Source of the DNA: Okeania sp.
Lineage (GTDB): Bacteria > Cyanobacteriota > Cyanobacteriia > Cyanobacteriales > Microcoleaceae
Assembly (NCBI RefSeq): GCF_035285525.1
Contig: NZ_JAYKGW010000082.1
Location: forward strand, 1 to 24,672
DNA length: 24,672 nucleotides
Reading direction: 5' to 3'
Under the pieces are notes generated by a model. It made no database searches, was not told the DNA's origin, and was given only the letters and a program-made list of their open reading frames with translations. Every line of letters starts with the position of its first letter. The first letter of the stretch is position 1. The translations under genes were made by a program, and so were the position numbers. Positions 6,962-15,294 of the stretch are shown here, piece after piece.

Positions 6962-7076
6962 AGATTAATAGACATAATTTACTCCTTTTTAGTTATCATT
7001 TATCAGTTTTAAGTGAAAAGTAATTTTCTGGTAAACATTTATTACTTATCTGACACAAACAGCTTTTAAATTATCA
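6962..7076. repeat. Duplicate of 6757-6871: first 14 nt of terD, its RBS and about 100 bp upstream
   Basis: The first ~60 bp are identical to 6757-6816. The remainder is diverged (roughly 85 percent identity by eye). Confidence 0.85.
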
Positions 7077-7107
7077 GTTAAACTACTTCTAAAGTAGAAT
7101 TTTTCAC

Positions 7108-7463
7108 ATAAGCATTCAGCTATTAGCACCTCAGCTAGCCTCCTGCGGAGGAACTGTGTTAACAGCAATAATATTCTGCCTTTAAAACTACCTATTATCA
7201 AGTTTTATGTCAAGAGAGATGTTTATAAAGTATAGTCTTAAAAATAGGCGATTATATCAAATCTGCTTGCTTTAGAGAATAAAGTTATATCATCACCATC
7301 AGAAAATCATCACCATCAGAAAAGGGGGAAAACTCATAGTTTGTCAGAGATTTGGTCTCCAAATCCCTACGGCTTTTAATTCTACCGATATTACCAGATT
7401 TGACATTAAATCTAAAACCAAAAATAATAGCTGATAGCTCATAGCTGACGGCTAAATGCTTAC
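7108..7463. mobile_element. Module bounded by GTAAGCATTCAGC...GCTGAATGCTTAC-type inverted repeats (copy 1)
   Basis: Left end ATAAGCATTCAGCTATTAGCACCTCAGCTAGCCTCCTGCGGAGG. Right end AGCTGATAGCTCATAGCTGACGGCTAAATGCTTAC. Internal 17-bp tandem ATCATCACCATCAGAAA x2. Ends 4 nt from the vWA stop codon. Confidence 0.6.
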
Positions 7464-7467
7464 TTTT

Positions 7468-8250
7468 TCACTTAAGTAAATGTCGATTATGAGCTAATTT
7501 TACCCAAGCAGGATATTCAGTCATTAACAAGTCATAAAGTTTGTCATCGGAAATACTTTCTGGGTCTTCTAGACTGAAGAAATTTGCATTATCAACATAG
7601 CGATCGCTCATTTCATCAAGTTTTTCCAGAAAGCTAAAGTCACTAGCAAATGCTTTTTCTAACCAACCAAAAAATCCTTTTCCAGAAACATCCTTATGTG
7701 ACTTACCGATAGCCATAAACTGCCAAAAAATCGGTTCAAAAGATGACCATTTTAATTGTTTTTCTGTCTCTTTTTCATCAGAAGTTGCTCCATCAGTGAC
7801 AAACATTATATAAATAGGTTGATCAGCAGCCACAGGAGAATTTCTACTACCACCATTTCCAGAAGGAAAATAGAAATTTCTAATCATTTTCATCACCTTG
7901 CCATAATAAGTTCCTGGTTCTAATGGATACTTTTCTTGTATGTTAGGAATAAAATTTTGGAAGTTAACTAAAGTCATTTCTCCTACCTGATGAGGATTTT
8001 CTCCAAACAGAAAAATATCAATGGAACCACTATCATCAAACCGACATCCTAAAGCAAAAACTTTTTCTGCTAAACGTTGAATTTTTCCTGATGAATAAAG
8101 GGAAAACATTGACCCAGAAATATCTAGGCAAAGTGCAACTTTAGCTTGATGGTTTTTCAAATTTGCTTTGGCCAGTGACATATCTGCTTTTTTAGCCAGG
8201 TCGATTAATTTTGGAGCTTCTTGTTCAATTTTTTTCAGAGATATAGCCAT
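7468..8250 (-). CDS. vWA domain protein of the TerF-C-terminal (vWA-TerF-like/TerY-like) type
   Basis: 260 aa. The MIDAS-like LCLDISGSM motif is followed by FDDSGSIDIFLFG and IMFVTDGATSD. N-terminal KKIEQEAPKLIDLAKKA is typical of this family. Confidence 0.8.
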   Translation of the reverse strand: MAISLKKIEQEAPKLIDLAKKADMSLAKANLKNHQAKVALCLDISGSMFSLYSSGKIQRLAEKVFALGCRFDDSGSIDIFLFGENPHQVGEMTLVNFQNFIPNIQEKYPLEPGTYYGKVMKMIRNFYFPSGNGGSRNSPVAADQPIYIMFVTDGATSDEKETEKQLKWSSFEPIFWQFMAIGKSHKDVSGKGFFGWLEKAFASDFSFLEKLDEMSDRYVDNANFFSLEDPESISDDKLYDLLMTEYPAWVKLAHNRHLLK

Positions 8251-8395
8251 AATTTTTCCCTACAAAAACAACCCTAGTTGATGAACAAATCACATATAAG
8301 AAGGTGTCTTATTTTCAGTTATCAGTAACCAAAAGCAATAGCTTAGTCCTTACACTTACCAATTAATAATTAGAGATACTTTTCATGATCAATTA

Positions 8396-9430
8396 TTAAT
8401 TATCCATTGTTCCTTTATTAACAAACTGTAAAGTAAAAGCTTCTTTATAGTTAGTATCTGGCTTAATTATTCCTGCTGCTACTAAACTATCAAAGAATGA
8501 TTTCCATCTTTCATCTGTCATAGCACCGATACCTTTAGTAGTAGCATCCCCAGAAATAACAATACCATATTCTTTCATTTTTTCTAAACTATAAGCTAAT
8601 AAATCGTCTTTCATTTCTGGATTATCTTTTTTAATTAATTGATTTGCTGGTTCAGGATTTTCTAAATAACTAGACCAACCTTTAATCGAAGCATCAACAA
8701 ATCTCTGAACTAAATCAGGATTTTCTTCTACCATTTTTTTTGTGGTTTCTATAGTAGTTGCATAAGGTAAATAACCAGCATCTGCTAATAACATAACTAC
8801 TGCTTTAAAACCTCCTTTTTGCTCAATAGTGAAAGGTTCCGATGTCAAATAACCTTGCTGAATTAAATTTTTATCTAATAGAAAAGGAGCTATATTATTG
8901 TTATAAGGCCGTCTTTGATCGTCTGTATAATCAAACTTATTTTTGAGAAATTGCCAATAGCCTTTTTCTGCTAAAGATGATACTAAAATTGGTTTACCTT
9001 TTAGTTGTTCTAAAGAGTCATTTCCTACTCCTGGATGAGCAATTAATACTTGGGGATCTTTTTGGAAAATAGCTGCAACTGTAATAGTAGGAATCCCTGC
9101 TTCTACAGAACTAATTGCCTCAATACTAGAACCCATATAAAAGTCAATTGCACCTCCTACTAATAGTTGAGTTCCATTGACTTGAGCATTTCCCATTCTA
9201 ATAGTAACATCTAAACCATAATCTTCATAAATTCCTGTAGCGATCGCTTGATAAAAACCCCCATGTTCGGCTTGAGCATACCAGTTAGTTCCATAAGTAA
9301 CTTTGTCAAGATTTTTGTCAGTTTTAGTTGTTGAATTAGAGTTATTTGTATTAGTACAACTTGTTAATATACCACTGCCAATAGCTAGGCTACTATACTG
9401 AATAAATTGACGACGATTAATATTATTCAT
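8396..9430 (-). CDS. ABC transporter substrate-binding lipoprotein, NMT1/THI5-like (NitT/TauT family)
   Basis: 344 aa. Twin-arginine-like signal NRRQFIQYSSLAIGSGILTSC with a lipobox Cys. The body resembles NMT1/SsuA-type binding proteins. No permease or ATPase gene is adjacent. Confidence 0.75.
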   Translation of the reverse strand: MNNINRRQFIQYSSLAIGSGILTSCTNTNNSNSTTKTDKNLDKVTYGTNWYAQAEHGGFYQAIATGIYEDYGLDVTIRMGNAQVNGTQLLVGGAIDFYMGSSIEAISSVEAGIPTITVAAIFQKDPQVLIAHPGVGNDSLEQLKGKPILVSSLAEKGYWQFLKNKFDYTDDQRRPYNNNIAPFLLDKNLIQQGYLTSEPFTIEQKGGFKAVVMLLADAGYLPYATTIETTKKMVEENPDLVQRFVDASIKGWSSYLENPEPANQLIKKDNPEMKDDLLAYSLEKMKEYGIVISGDATTKGIGAMTDERWKSFFDSLVAAGIIKPDTNYKEAFTLQFVNKGTMDN

Positions 9431-9885
9431 CTTTTTTACTAGGTTTGATAGAGTATTTATTTTCTTCTTTCAATAGTTTAGCATTTTCAGCAGACAAATT
9501 GAAAAATAACTTAGATCTAAATTCCACCAACACAGACTAATTTTGCTTTGTTATTCTGTCATCAATTATGTAATTAAGTTGTTCAAATCCTTCAAAATCT
9601 ATCTCGAATTAACCTTCTATATCTCCCTCAACCGACTCTGGTTTGTCTAAAATAAAAACCACGAACTCTGTCAAATATGCCCTATTTATATTCAGACTAA
9701 TTGAAGAGTTTTTTCGTTCCATAGAAATAGGTGGAATTTCTAAATTATCATCATCCATTTTAATAAAATCTTATAAGTTAACTAAACCTATTAAAGGAAA
9801 TAACTTAACACCTTTAAAATTTTTGAATAACTTTGACAAAATAGTACAGAATATAGGCGATAAAATCTTACTTTTGAATTTTGAC

Positions 9886-11115
9886 TTAACAAAATCCTAC
9901 TGCCTCAATAACACTTTCCAAAGCGATCGCTACATGAGTCCAATGAGTCCCCCCCTGACAAAACACCACATAAGGTTCCCTCAGAGGTCCATCTGCTGAA
10001 AATTCAGAAGTAGACCCATCAATAAAAGTACCACCTGCCATTACCAACTGACTTTCATATCCAGGCATCGGTGCAGGAACCGGATCTAAATAAGACCCCA
10101 CAGGAGAATATTGCTGAATAGCTCGACAAAAAGCAATTAACTTCTCTGGAGACCCCAACTTCACCGCTTGAATAACATCCCGTCGTTTTTCCAGAGGCAA
10201 AGGATTAACCGGATAACCCAACTTATCAAAAACATAAGCCACCAAATGATTTCCCTTCATCGCCTCCCCCACCATTTGTGGTGCCAAAAATAAACCTTGA
10301 AACAACAACCTATTTTGCTCAAAAGTCGCCCCCCCACTACTACCAATACCAGGAGCAGTTAACCGACAAGTCGCAGCTTCCACCAAATCTGCCCTACCTA
10401 CCACATACCCACCCGCCATAACAATTGTACCACCAGGATTCTTAATCAAAGACCCCGCCATTAAATCCGCCCCCACTGCCGTCGGTTCCCGGTCTTCAAT
10501 AAACTCCCCATAACAATTATCCACAAAACAAACCGTTTCCGGATTTTGTTCCTTAACCATCTTGACAATTTGCTCAATTTCTGTAATAGACAAACTAGGT
10601 CGCCAAGAATAACCACAAGAACGTTGAATCAAAGCCAGACGAGTCTTTTCCGTAATTGCAGATTCCAACCCTTGCCAATTTATTGTCCCAGTTTCCGTCA
10701 AAGGTAACTCCCGGTAACTAACCCCAAATTCCTTCAGAGAACCTTGACCTTCCTCCCTCAGACCAATCACTTCCTCCAAAGTATCGTAAGGAGGACCAGC
10801 CACCGACAACATTTCATCCCCCGGCCTCAAAGTCCCAAACAAAGCACAGGCGATCGCGTGGGTTCCCGAAACAAATTGGACTCTTACTGCTGCGGCCTCG
10901 GCCCCCATCACCTCTGCAAAAACCTTGTCCAAAGTTTCCCGACCCAAGTCATCATGGCCATAACCAGTTACTCCAGAAAAATGATGGACACCCACTCGAT
11001 GATGACGAAAAGCATCTATAACCCGTTTTAGATTTTGCTTAACCAGGCCATCAATTTGGGAAAATAGGGGAAATAGGTTTTCTTCTGCTGCTTGTAGATA
11101 TTTGAGGCTGTTCAT
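9886..11115 (-). CDS. Aluminium-resistance / methionine gamma-lyase family PLP-dependent protein (YnbB-like)
   Basis: 409 aa. Contains RVIDAFRHHRVGVHHFSGVTGYGHDDLGRETLDKVFAEVMGAEAA and LIKNPGG, characteristic of this family. Confidence 0.8.
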   Translation of the reverse strand: MNSLKYLQAAEENLFPLFSQIDGLVKQNLKRVIDAFRHHRVGVHHFSGVTGYGHDDLGRETLDKVFAEVMGAEAAAVRVQFVSGTHAIACALFGTLRPGDEMLSVAGPPYDTLEEVIGLREEGQGSLKEFGVSYRELPLTETGTINWQGLESAITEKTRLALIQRSCGYSWRPSLSITEIEQIVKMVKEQNPETVCFVDNCYGEFIEDREPTAVGADLMAGSLIKNPGGTIVMAGGYVVGRADLVEAATCRLTAPGIGSSGGATFEQNRLLFQGLFLAPQMVGEAMKGNHLVAYVFDKLGYPVNPLPLEKRRDVIQAVKLGSPEKLIAFCRAIQQYSPVGSYLDPVPAPMPGYESQLVMAGGTFIDGSTSEFSADGPLREPYVVFCQGGTHWTHVAIALESVIEAVGFC

Positions 11116-11307
11116 ATTTATTTACTTTATTTGTGGTATGGTTAATAGAATGTGACATTTTAATTAATGTTCAAATCGACAATTAAATAAAAAAATGTAA
11201 TTTTTTAGAAAAAAGCGCAATAAAAAAATTTTTGTTTTACTTAATGTGAACATAGTAATTTATCTTGTTTTTTAAGTTAAACTATTATCTGAAATAGGTA
11301 ATGCTAA

Positions 11308-11529
11308 GGTAAGCATTTTTTGTGTAATCCTGCCAAAACAGCTATTAGCAGTCAGCTAGCCTCCTGGAGGAAAACTGCGCAATTCAGCAATTAGTAATAA
11401 ATAATTACTTCTGAACTTTAGGAAAGAGATTTCTACAATAACTTTTTATTCTTTCTCAATTTCAATGGTTGCTTTTAATTTATCCAAAATTAATAGCTGA
11501 ACTCTAATAGCTGACCGCCGAATGCTTAC
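11308..11529. mobile_element. GTAAGCATT...GAATGCTTAC inverted-repeat-bounded module (copy 2)
   Basis: The left arm shares AGCTATTAGCAGTCAGCTAGCCTCCTGGAGG with copy 1. The right arm is AATAGCTGAACTCTAATAGCTGACCGCCGAATGCTTAC. Confidence 0.6.
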
Positions 11530-11783
11530 TTGCTAAGATAATTGCTCTACCTTATTTTTTATATTTTTTTAAAATTAGTTCAGGGTAAGCTATCTTACAC
11601 TATCACTATCTAAAAATGGATTTAAACTTAAACATTTAATATTACTCAGGATGTTCTTATGAAAATATTTTTATTAATAGATTAAATAGTTAATTATTAC
11701 CAAAATATTTTCCACATCCTCAAAATTTTGTGCTGAAAATAGCTCTTGTCTGAGCAACAAAGTTCGTAATTTAGAGATTTTTT

Positions 11784-12596
11784 ATGACAATTTCGACATC
11801 AGAAAAACTTTCGCTGAATTGGCCGATAATAGCCTTTATGGCATTCCTTCACATTGGAGCTCTTTTTGTCTTAGTTCCTAGTAACTTTAGTTGGACTGCA
11901 GTTGGTCTAGCAGTATTTTTACATTGGCTCACAGGTGGTCTAGGCATTACTTTAGGGTTTCATCGTTTGGTAGCACATCGTAGTTTTAAGACACCTAAGT
12001 GGCTAGAATATTTCTTGGTTTTTTGTGGCACACTTGCTTGTGAAGGGGGAGTTTGTGACTGGGTAGGTTTACATCGTCTTCATCATATACATTCAGATAA
12101 TGAAAAAGATCCCCATGACTCTAGTCGTGGCTTTTGGTGGAGTCACATGGGTTGGATGATCCATGAATTACCAATTAAGTCTGAAGTTCCTCGCTACATT
12201 AAAGATATAGCAGAAGACCCTGTTTATAAGTTCTTGGATACTTATTTTATTCCCATTCAAGTTGCCTTTGGTATTTTGCTCTACCTAATAGGAGGATGGC
12301 CTTTTGTAGTTTGGGGTGTTTTCTTTAGATTAGTTGTTGTTTTTCACTGTACTTGGTTAGTGAATAGTGCTACTCATAAGTTTGGTTATCGTACTTATGA
12401 TTCTGGTGATGATTCTACTAACTGTTGGTGGGTGGCTGTATTAACTTATGGTGAAGGTTGGCACAATAATCATCATGCTTTTCAATATTCAGCACGTCAT
12501 GGTTTACAATGGTGGGAAATTGATACGACTTGGATGATGATTCAATTCTTGCAAATTTTTGGTTTAGCGACTGATATAAAATTAGCAACAAAATAG
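11784..12596 (+). CDS. desC: Acyl-lipid delta-9 fatty acid desaturase
   Basis: 270 aa with three His boxes (HRLVAHRS, HRLHHIHSD, HNNHHAF) and the membrane-helix arrangement typical of DesC. Confidence 0.9.
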   Translation: MTISTSEKLSLNWPIIAFMAFLHIGALFVLVPSNFSWTAVGLAVFLHWLTGGLGITLGFHRLVAHRSFKTPKWLEYFLVFCGTLACEGGVCDWVGLHRLHHIHSDNEKDPHDSSRGFWWSHMGWMIHELPIKSEVPRYIKDIAEDPVYKFLDTYFIPIQVAFGILLYLIGGWPFVVWGVFFRLVVVFHCTWLVNSATHKFGYRTYDSGDDSTNCWWVAVLTYGEGWHNNHHAFQYSARHGLQWWEIDTTWMMIQFLQIFGLATDIKLATK

Positions 12597-12758
12597 GTAA
12601 GTATTTACCATTCAGCCATCAGTTTCATTTTTAGTTAACAAGTCAATCTTGTCATTATTATGCTTTAGTTCTTTGGTTAAAAGTGTATTAGAAGTTAAAC
12701 GAAATGAATGAAGGAATCATTTTTATTATTGATATCTGACTGATAGCTGAATGTTTAC
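12597..12758. mobile_element. GTAAG...CAGC inverted-repeat-bounded module (copy 3, diverged ends)
   Basis: Starts GTAAGTATTTACCATTCAGCCATCAG immediately after the desC TAG. Ends CTGATAGCTGAATGTTTAC. Confidence 0.5.
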
Positions 12759-13224
12759 TTAATATAGTTTTCAGTTAATGGTAATCCCGGCGCTCAAAAC
12801 TTTAGTTAAATCTATATTTTGTATTTTGTTGTATTGGAACGACGCAGCTAAAATGGTGCATTAGATTTTCTCCCTTGTCTTCCTTGTCTAGCTACAACCA
12901 AAAAGTAATGCACCATTTAAGATGAAACACTCTAGTAGTGGAATGTTTCACCTACAATAAAATAGTATACTAGGGAGTAAAGGGTCGGGGTAGGGAAGTT
13001 GCATACAACGTCTACGGGAGAAAGATTTTTGTTGGTGGGTTACTTCCTCCTGTACAGAAGTAAGCTACGTTCCATCCATGGTTTCCTGCGGAATGCTAGG
13101 CAAACGCAATAATGGAGTGCGCATTTCCTGACGGAATGCTCCGCTTTCCATGTCGCGGAACGCGAAACAACCCAACCTACATCTATATGCATCATTATTA
13201 AGATGAAACTATCCAGTAGTAACT

Positions 13225-13583
13225 ATTAAGGGACTTCCATATCAAAAAAATATCCCATTAGTTAGAGTTGGCGCTCAAAAGTCTTTTTTTTTGTTAAGGT
13301 AGGGAAGAGGGAGTAGAGAGTAGTAAAAAGTTAAGAGGAATAGTAGATTTAGATATAGGTTGGGTAGAGGAACGAAACCCAACATTAAGAGACTACCATG
13401 TCAAAAAATATCCCATTATTTAGAGTTAGGGATCAAAAGTCTTTTTTTTTGTTAAGGTAGGGAAGAGGGAGTAGAGAGTCGAGAGTAGTAAAGAGTTAAG
13501 AGGAATAGTAGGTCTAGGTTGGGTAGAGGAACGAAACCCAATATTAAGAGATTGCCATGCCAAAAAAATATCCCATTAGTTAC
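13225..13583. repeat. 159-bp tandem repeat, about 2.25 copies
   Basis: Units start at 13225, 13384 and 13543. Each contains ATATCCCATTA, a T9-10 run, a purine-rich GGTAGGGAAGAGGGAGTAGAGAG tract and a half GTAGGTTGGGT...AACCCAA element. Confidence 0.9.
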
Positions 13584-13828
13584 GAAAATTCGGTTAACGA
13601 ACGATAGAGTAGAAGATTGGGATAATTTATATTGTGCTATTCCCTAGACTAGGCAATACAGAAGCTAAATTAATTTTTCTATAGAAAAAACAATGTAGAG
13701 AAGTTGCATAAAACTTTCCCTACATTTTTTGATATTGCATAAGAATAATACTTAACTATTCGTAAAATCCTAGTAGATTTCACAATAATCTCAGAGAAGA
13801 GAGGAAAGGTTATTTAAGATTTATGTTA

Positions 13829-13900
13829 AGCGGGTAACGCGATTCGAACGCGCGACATCAACCTTGGCAAGGTTGCGCTCTACCACTGAGCTATACCCGC
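13829..13900 (-). tRNA. trnG: tRNA-Gly (anticodon GCC)
   Basis: Minus-strand sequence GCGGGTATAGCTCAGTGGTAGAGCGCAACCTTGCCAAGGTTGATGTCGCGCGTTCGAATCGCGTTACCCGCT folds as a cloverleaf. It has a 7-bp acceptor stem, GCTC/GAGC D stem, CAACC/GGTTG anticodon stem with loop TTGCCAA, and a TTCGAAT T loop. No CCA is encoded. Confidence 0.95.
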
Positions 13901-13993
13901 AACTATTCCTTAATATTTATATTGTCACAAATAATTTTATTTGTCAACCCCTCAACAGAATTTTTTTTGAAAGTCAATCTCTGATGACCTTTG

Positions 13994-14575
13994 TCATACT
14001 TCTGGAGATACATCAGACTCGATAAAGCTGTTAGAAGTCACTGGTAAGGCTTGAGCTTTACCCATGATACTATAACTACTAGATGATGAATTGATACTAT
14101 TCTTGAGTTGACGCATCAAACTTCCCATTTCCAAAGCATTCATGGCATATTCCCAACCTTTATTACTTTTAATACCAGCTCTCTCCAAAGCTTGCTGCAT
14201 GGTATCCGTGGTCAAAACTCCAAAAATTACAGGTACTCCAGTCTGAAATGCTGCGGCAGCAACTCCTTTAGATACTTCAGCAGCTACATAATCAAAATGA
14301 GGAGTTTGACCTTTAATTACAGCTCCTAAACAAATTACAGCATCATAGCTATTACTCATAGCTAATTGACGTGCTACTAGAGGAATTTCAAAACTTCCTG
14401 GTATCCAGATATAATCAACTTGAGTCCCATTTGGATTTGGATCGACCCCGTGGCGTTTTAAACAATCTTGACAACCTTCCAGTAATTTACCAGTAATTAA
14501 GTCATTGAAACGAGCAATTACAATAGCAAAGCGTAAGGAGTCAACTTGAGTAAATGTTCCCTCAAAAACTGTCAT
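13994..14575 (-). CDS. ribH: 6,7-dimethyl-8-ribityllumazine synthase with a Ser-rich C-terminal tail
   Basis: 193 aa. Contains [43 protein letters not shown] and VIFGVLTTD, the canonical lumazine synthase motifs. Confidence 0.92.
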   Translation of the reverse strand: MTVFEGTFTQVDSLRFAIVIARFNDLITGKLLEGCQDCLKRHGVDPNPNGTQVDYIWIPGSFEIPLVARQLAMSNSYDAVICLGAVIKGQTPHFDYVAAEVSKGVAAAAFQTGVPVIFGVLTTDTMQQALERAGIKSNKGWEYAMNALEMGSLMRQLKNSINSSSSSYSIMGKAQALPVTSNSFIESDVSPEV

Positions 14576-14883
14576 TTTAGAATTTTTTTATGTTAATTAT
14601 GTAGATAAAAGTTCAGAGATAACAAGCACTAACTCGCTATCCCTGTATGTCTTACAGCAATTTTCAGATTAATAAACCAAATCAACGATAACCTTGTAGG
14701 GACCTTAAATGTAACGTCCCTACTTTGTGGACTACTCACATGAAAAGTGCTGTAATATTCATTGTTTCTTAACTTTAGATTTTAGATATTATCAGTTTAG
14801 GTTAATATCACCAAAAATCAGGCCAATAGCCTTCCTTAAATAGCTTTAGTAGTCGGTACTGACAACTAATAACTGAATTTGGC

Positions 14884-15075
14884 CTAAACTACTAAAAAGT
14901 TTAAAACACCCACTGCAATTACCAGTGCTACCCACAAACCAGAACCGATAAAAATCAAAGGTTTACCTTGACTCCAGACTTGAGGAGAAGCATAAGCAAA
15001 AGGCACGCCTACTACGAGGATAAAAGATAAGACTACTAATAGAAGTAGTACGAATTGAAATAGGAATGTTAACAT
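14884..15075 (-). CDS. psbZ: Photosystem II reaction centre protein Z (Ycf9)
   Basis: 63 aa with two hydrophobic helices. [11 protein letters not shown] and [10 protein letters not shown] match the conserved PsbZ pattern. Confidence 0.9.
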   Translation of the reverse strand: MLTFLFQFVLLLLVVLSFILVVGVPFAYASPQVWSQGKPLIFIGSGLWVALVIAVGVLNFLVV

Positions 15076-15194
15076 TTTTTTACTCCCGGTGCAACAACAA
15101 ATTAATCCTATAGGGAATTAGATTATCATAAACTGTGCGTAGGACATTCTCCCGCTTTTTAAATTTAAGTAGAATTTGCTGAAAAAATCACAGT

Positions 15195-15237
15195 GTGGTT
15201 CGTGTGGGGAGGGTGGTTCGTGTGGGGAGGGTGGGAG
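15195..15237. repeat. 18-bp tandem repeat GTGGTTCGTGTGGGGAGG, 2.4 copies
   Basis: Direct reading of 15195-15237. Confidence 0.9.
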
Positions 15238-15294
15238 AAACAATTGTTCCTTGATTTTCCTGCCCAAATCTAAAAATGCTAAAATCTTTGTATC

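Noticed and set aside
6228-9430. A larger defence island made of the binding protein, vWA, TerD and Uma2 genes
   Set aside because: Only the vWA-TerD pairing has an established functional link. The binding protein and Uma2 genes are common stand-alone cyanobacterial genes, and the surrounding genes are housekeeping.
9431-9640. TPP riboswitch upstream of the NMT1/THI5-like binding protein gene
   Set aside because: I could not find the conserved CUGAGA or ACCUGAUCUGGAUAAUGCCAGCG-like elements on the minus strand. The leader is plain AT-rich sequence.
9643-9999. 118-aa ORF (+) with a TTG start
   Set aside because: It has low-complexity AT-rich composition and a non-ATG start, and it overlaps the 3' end of the well-supported convergent gene 9886..11115 by 114 nt. 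A 49-codon minus-strand ORF (9609..9758) in the same gap is also unsupported.
10744-11031. 95-aa antisense ORF within the PLP-enzyme gene
   Set aside because: Shadow ORF opposite a well-supported CDS, with no motif.
14108-14329. 73-aa antisense ORF within ribH
   Set aside because: Shadow ORF opposite a well-supported CDS.
14576-14883. FMN riboswitch upstream of ribH
   Set aside because: No FMN-element core sequences are visible. The only structure is a dispersed palindromic repeat (14696-14723).
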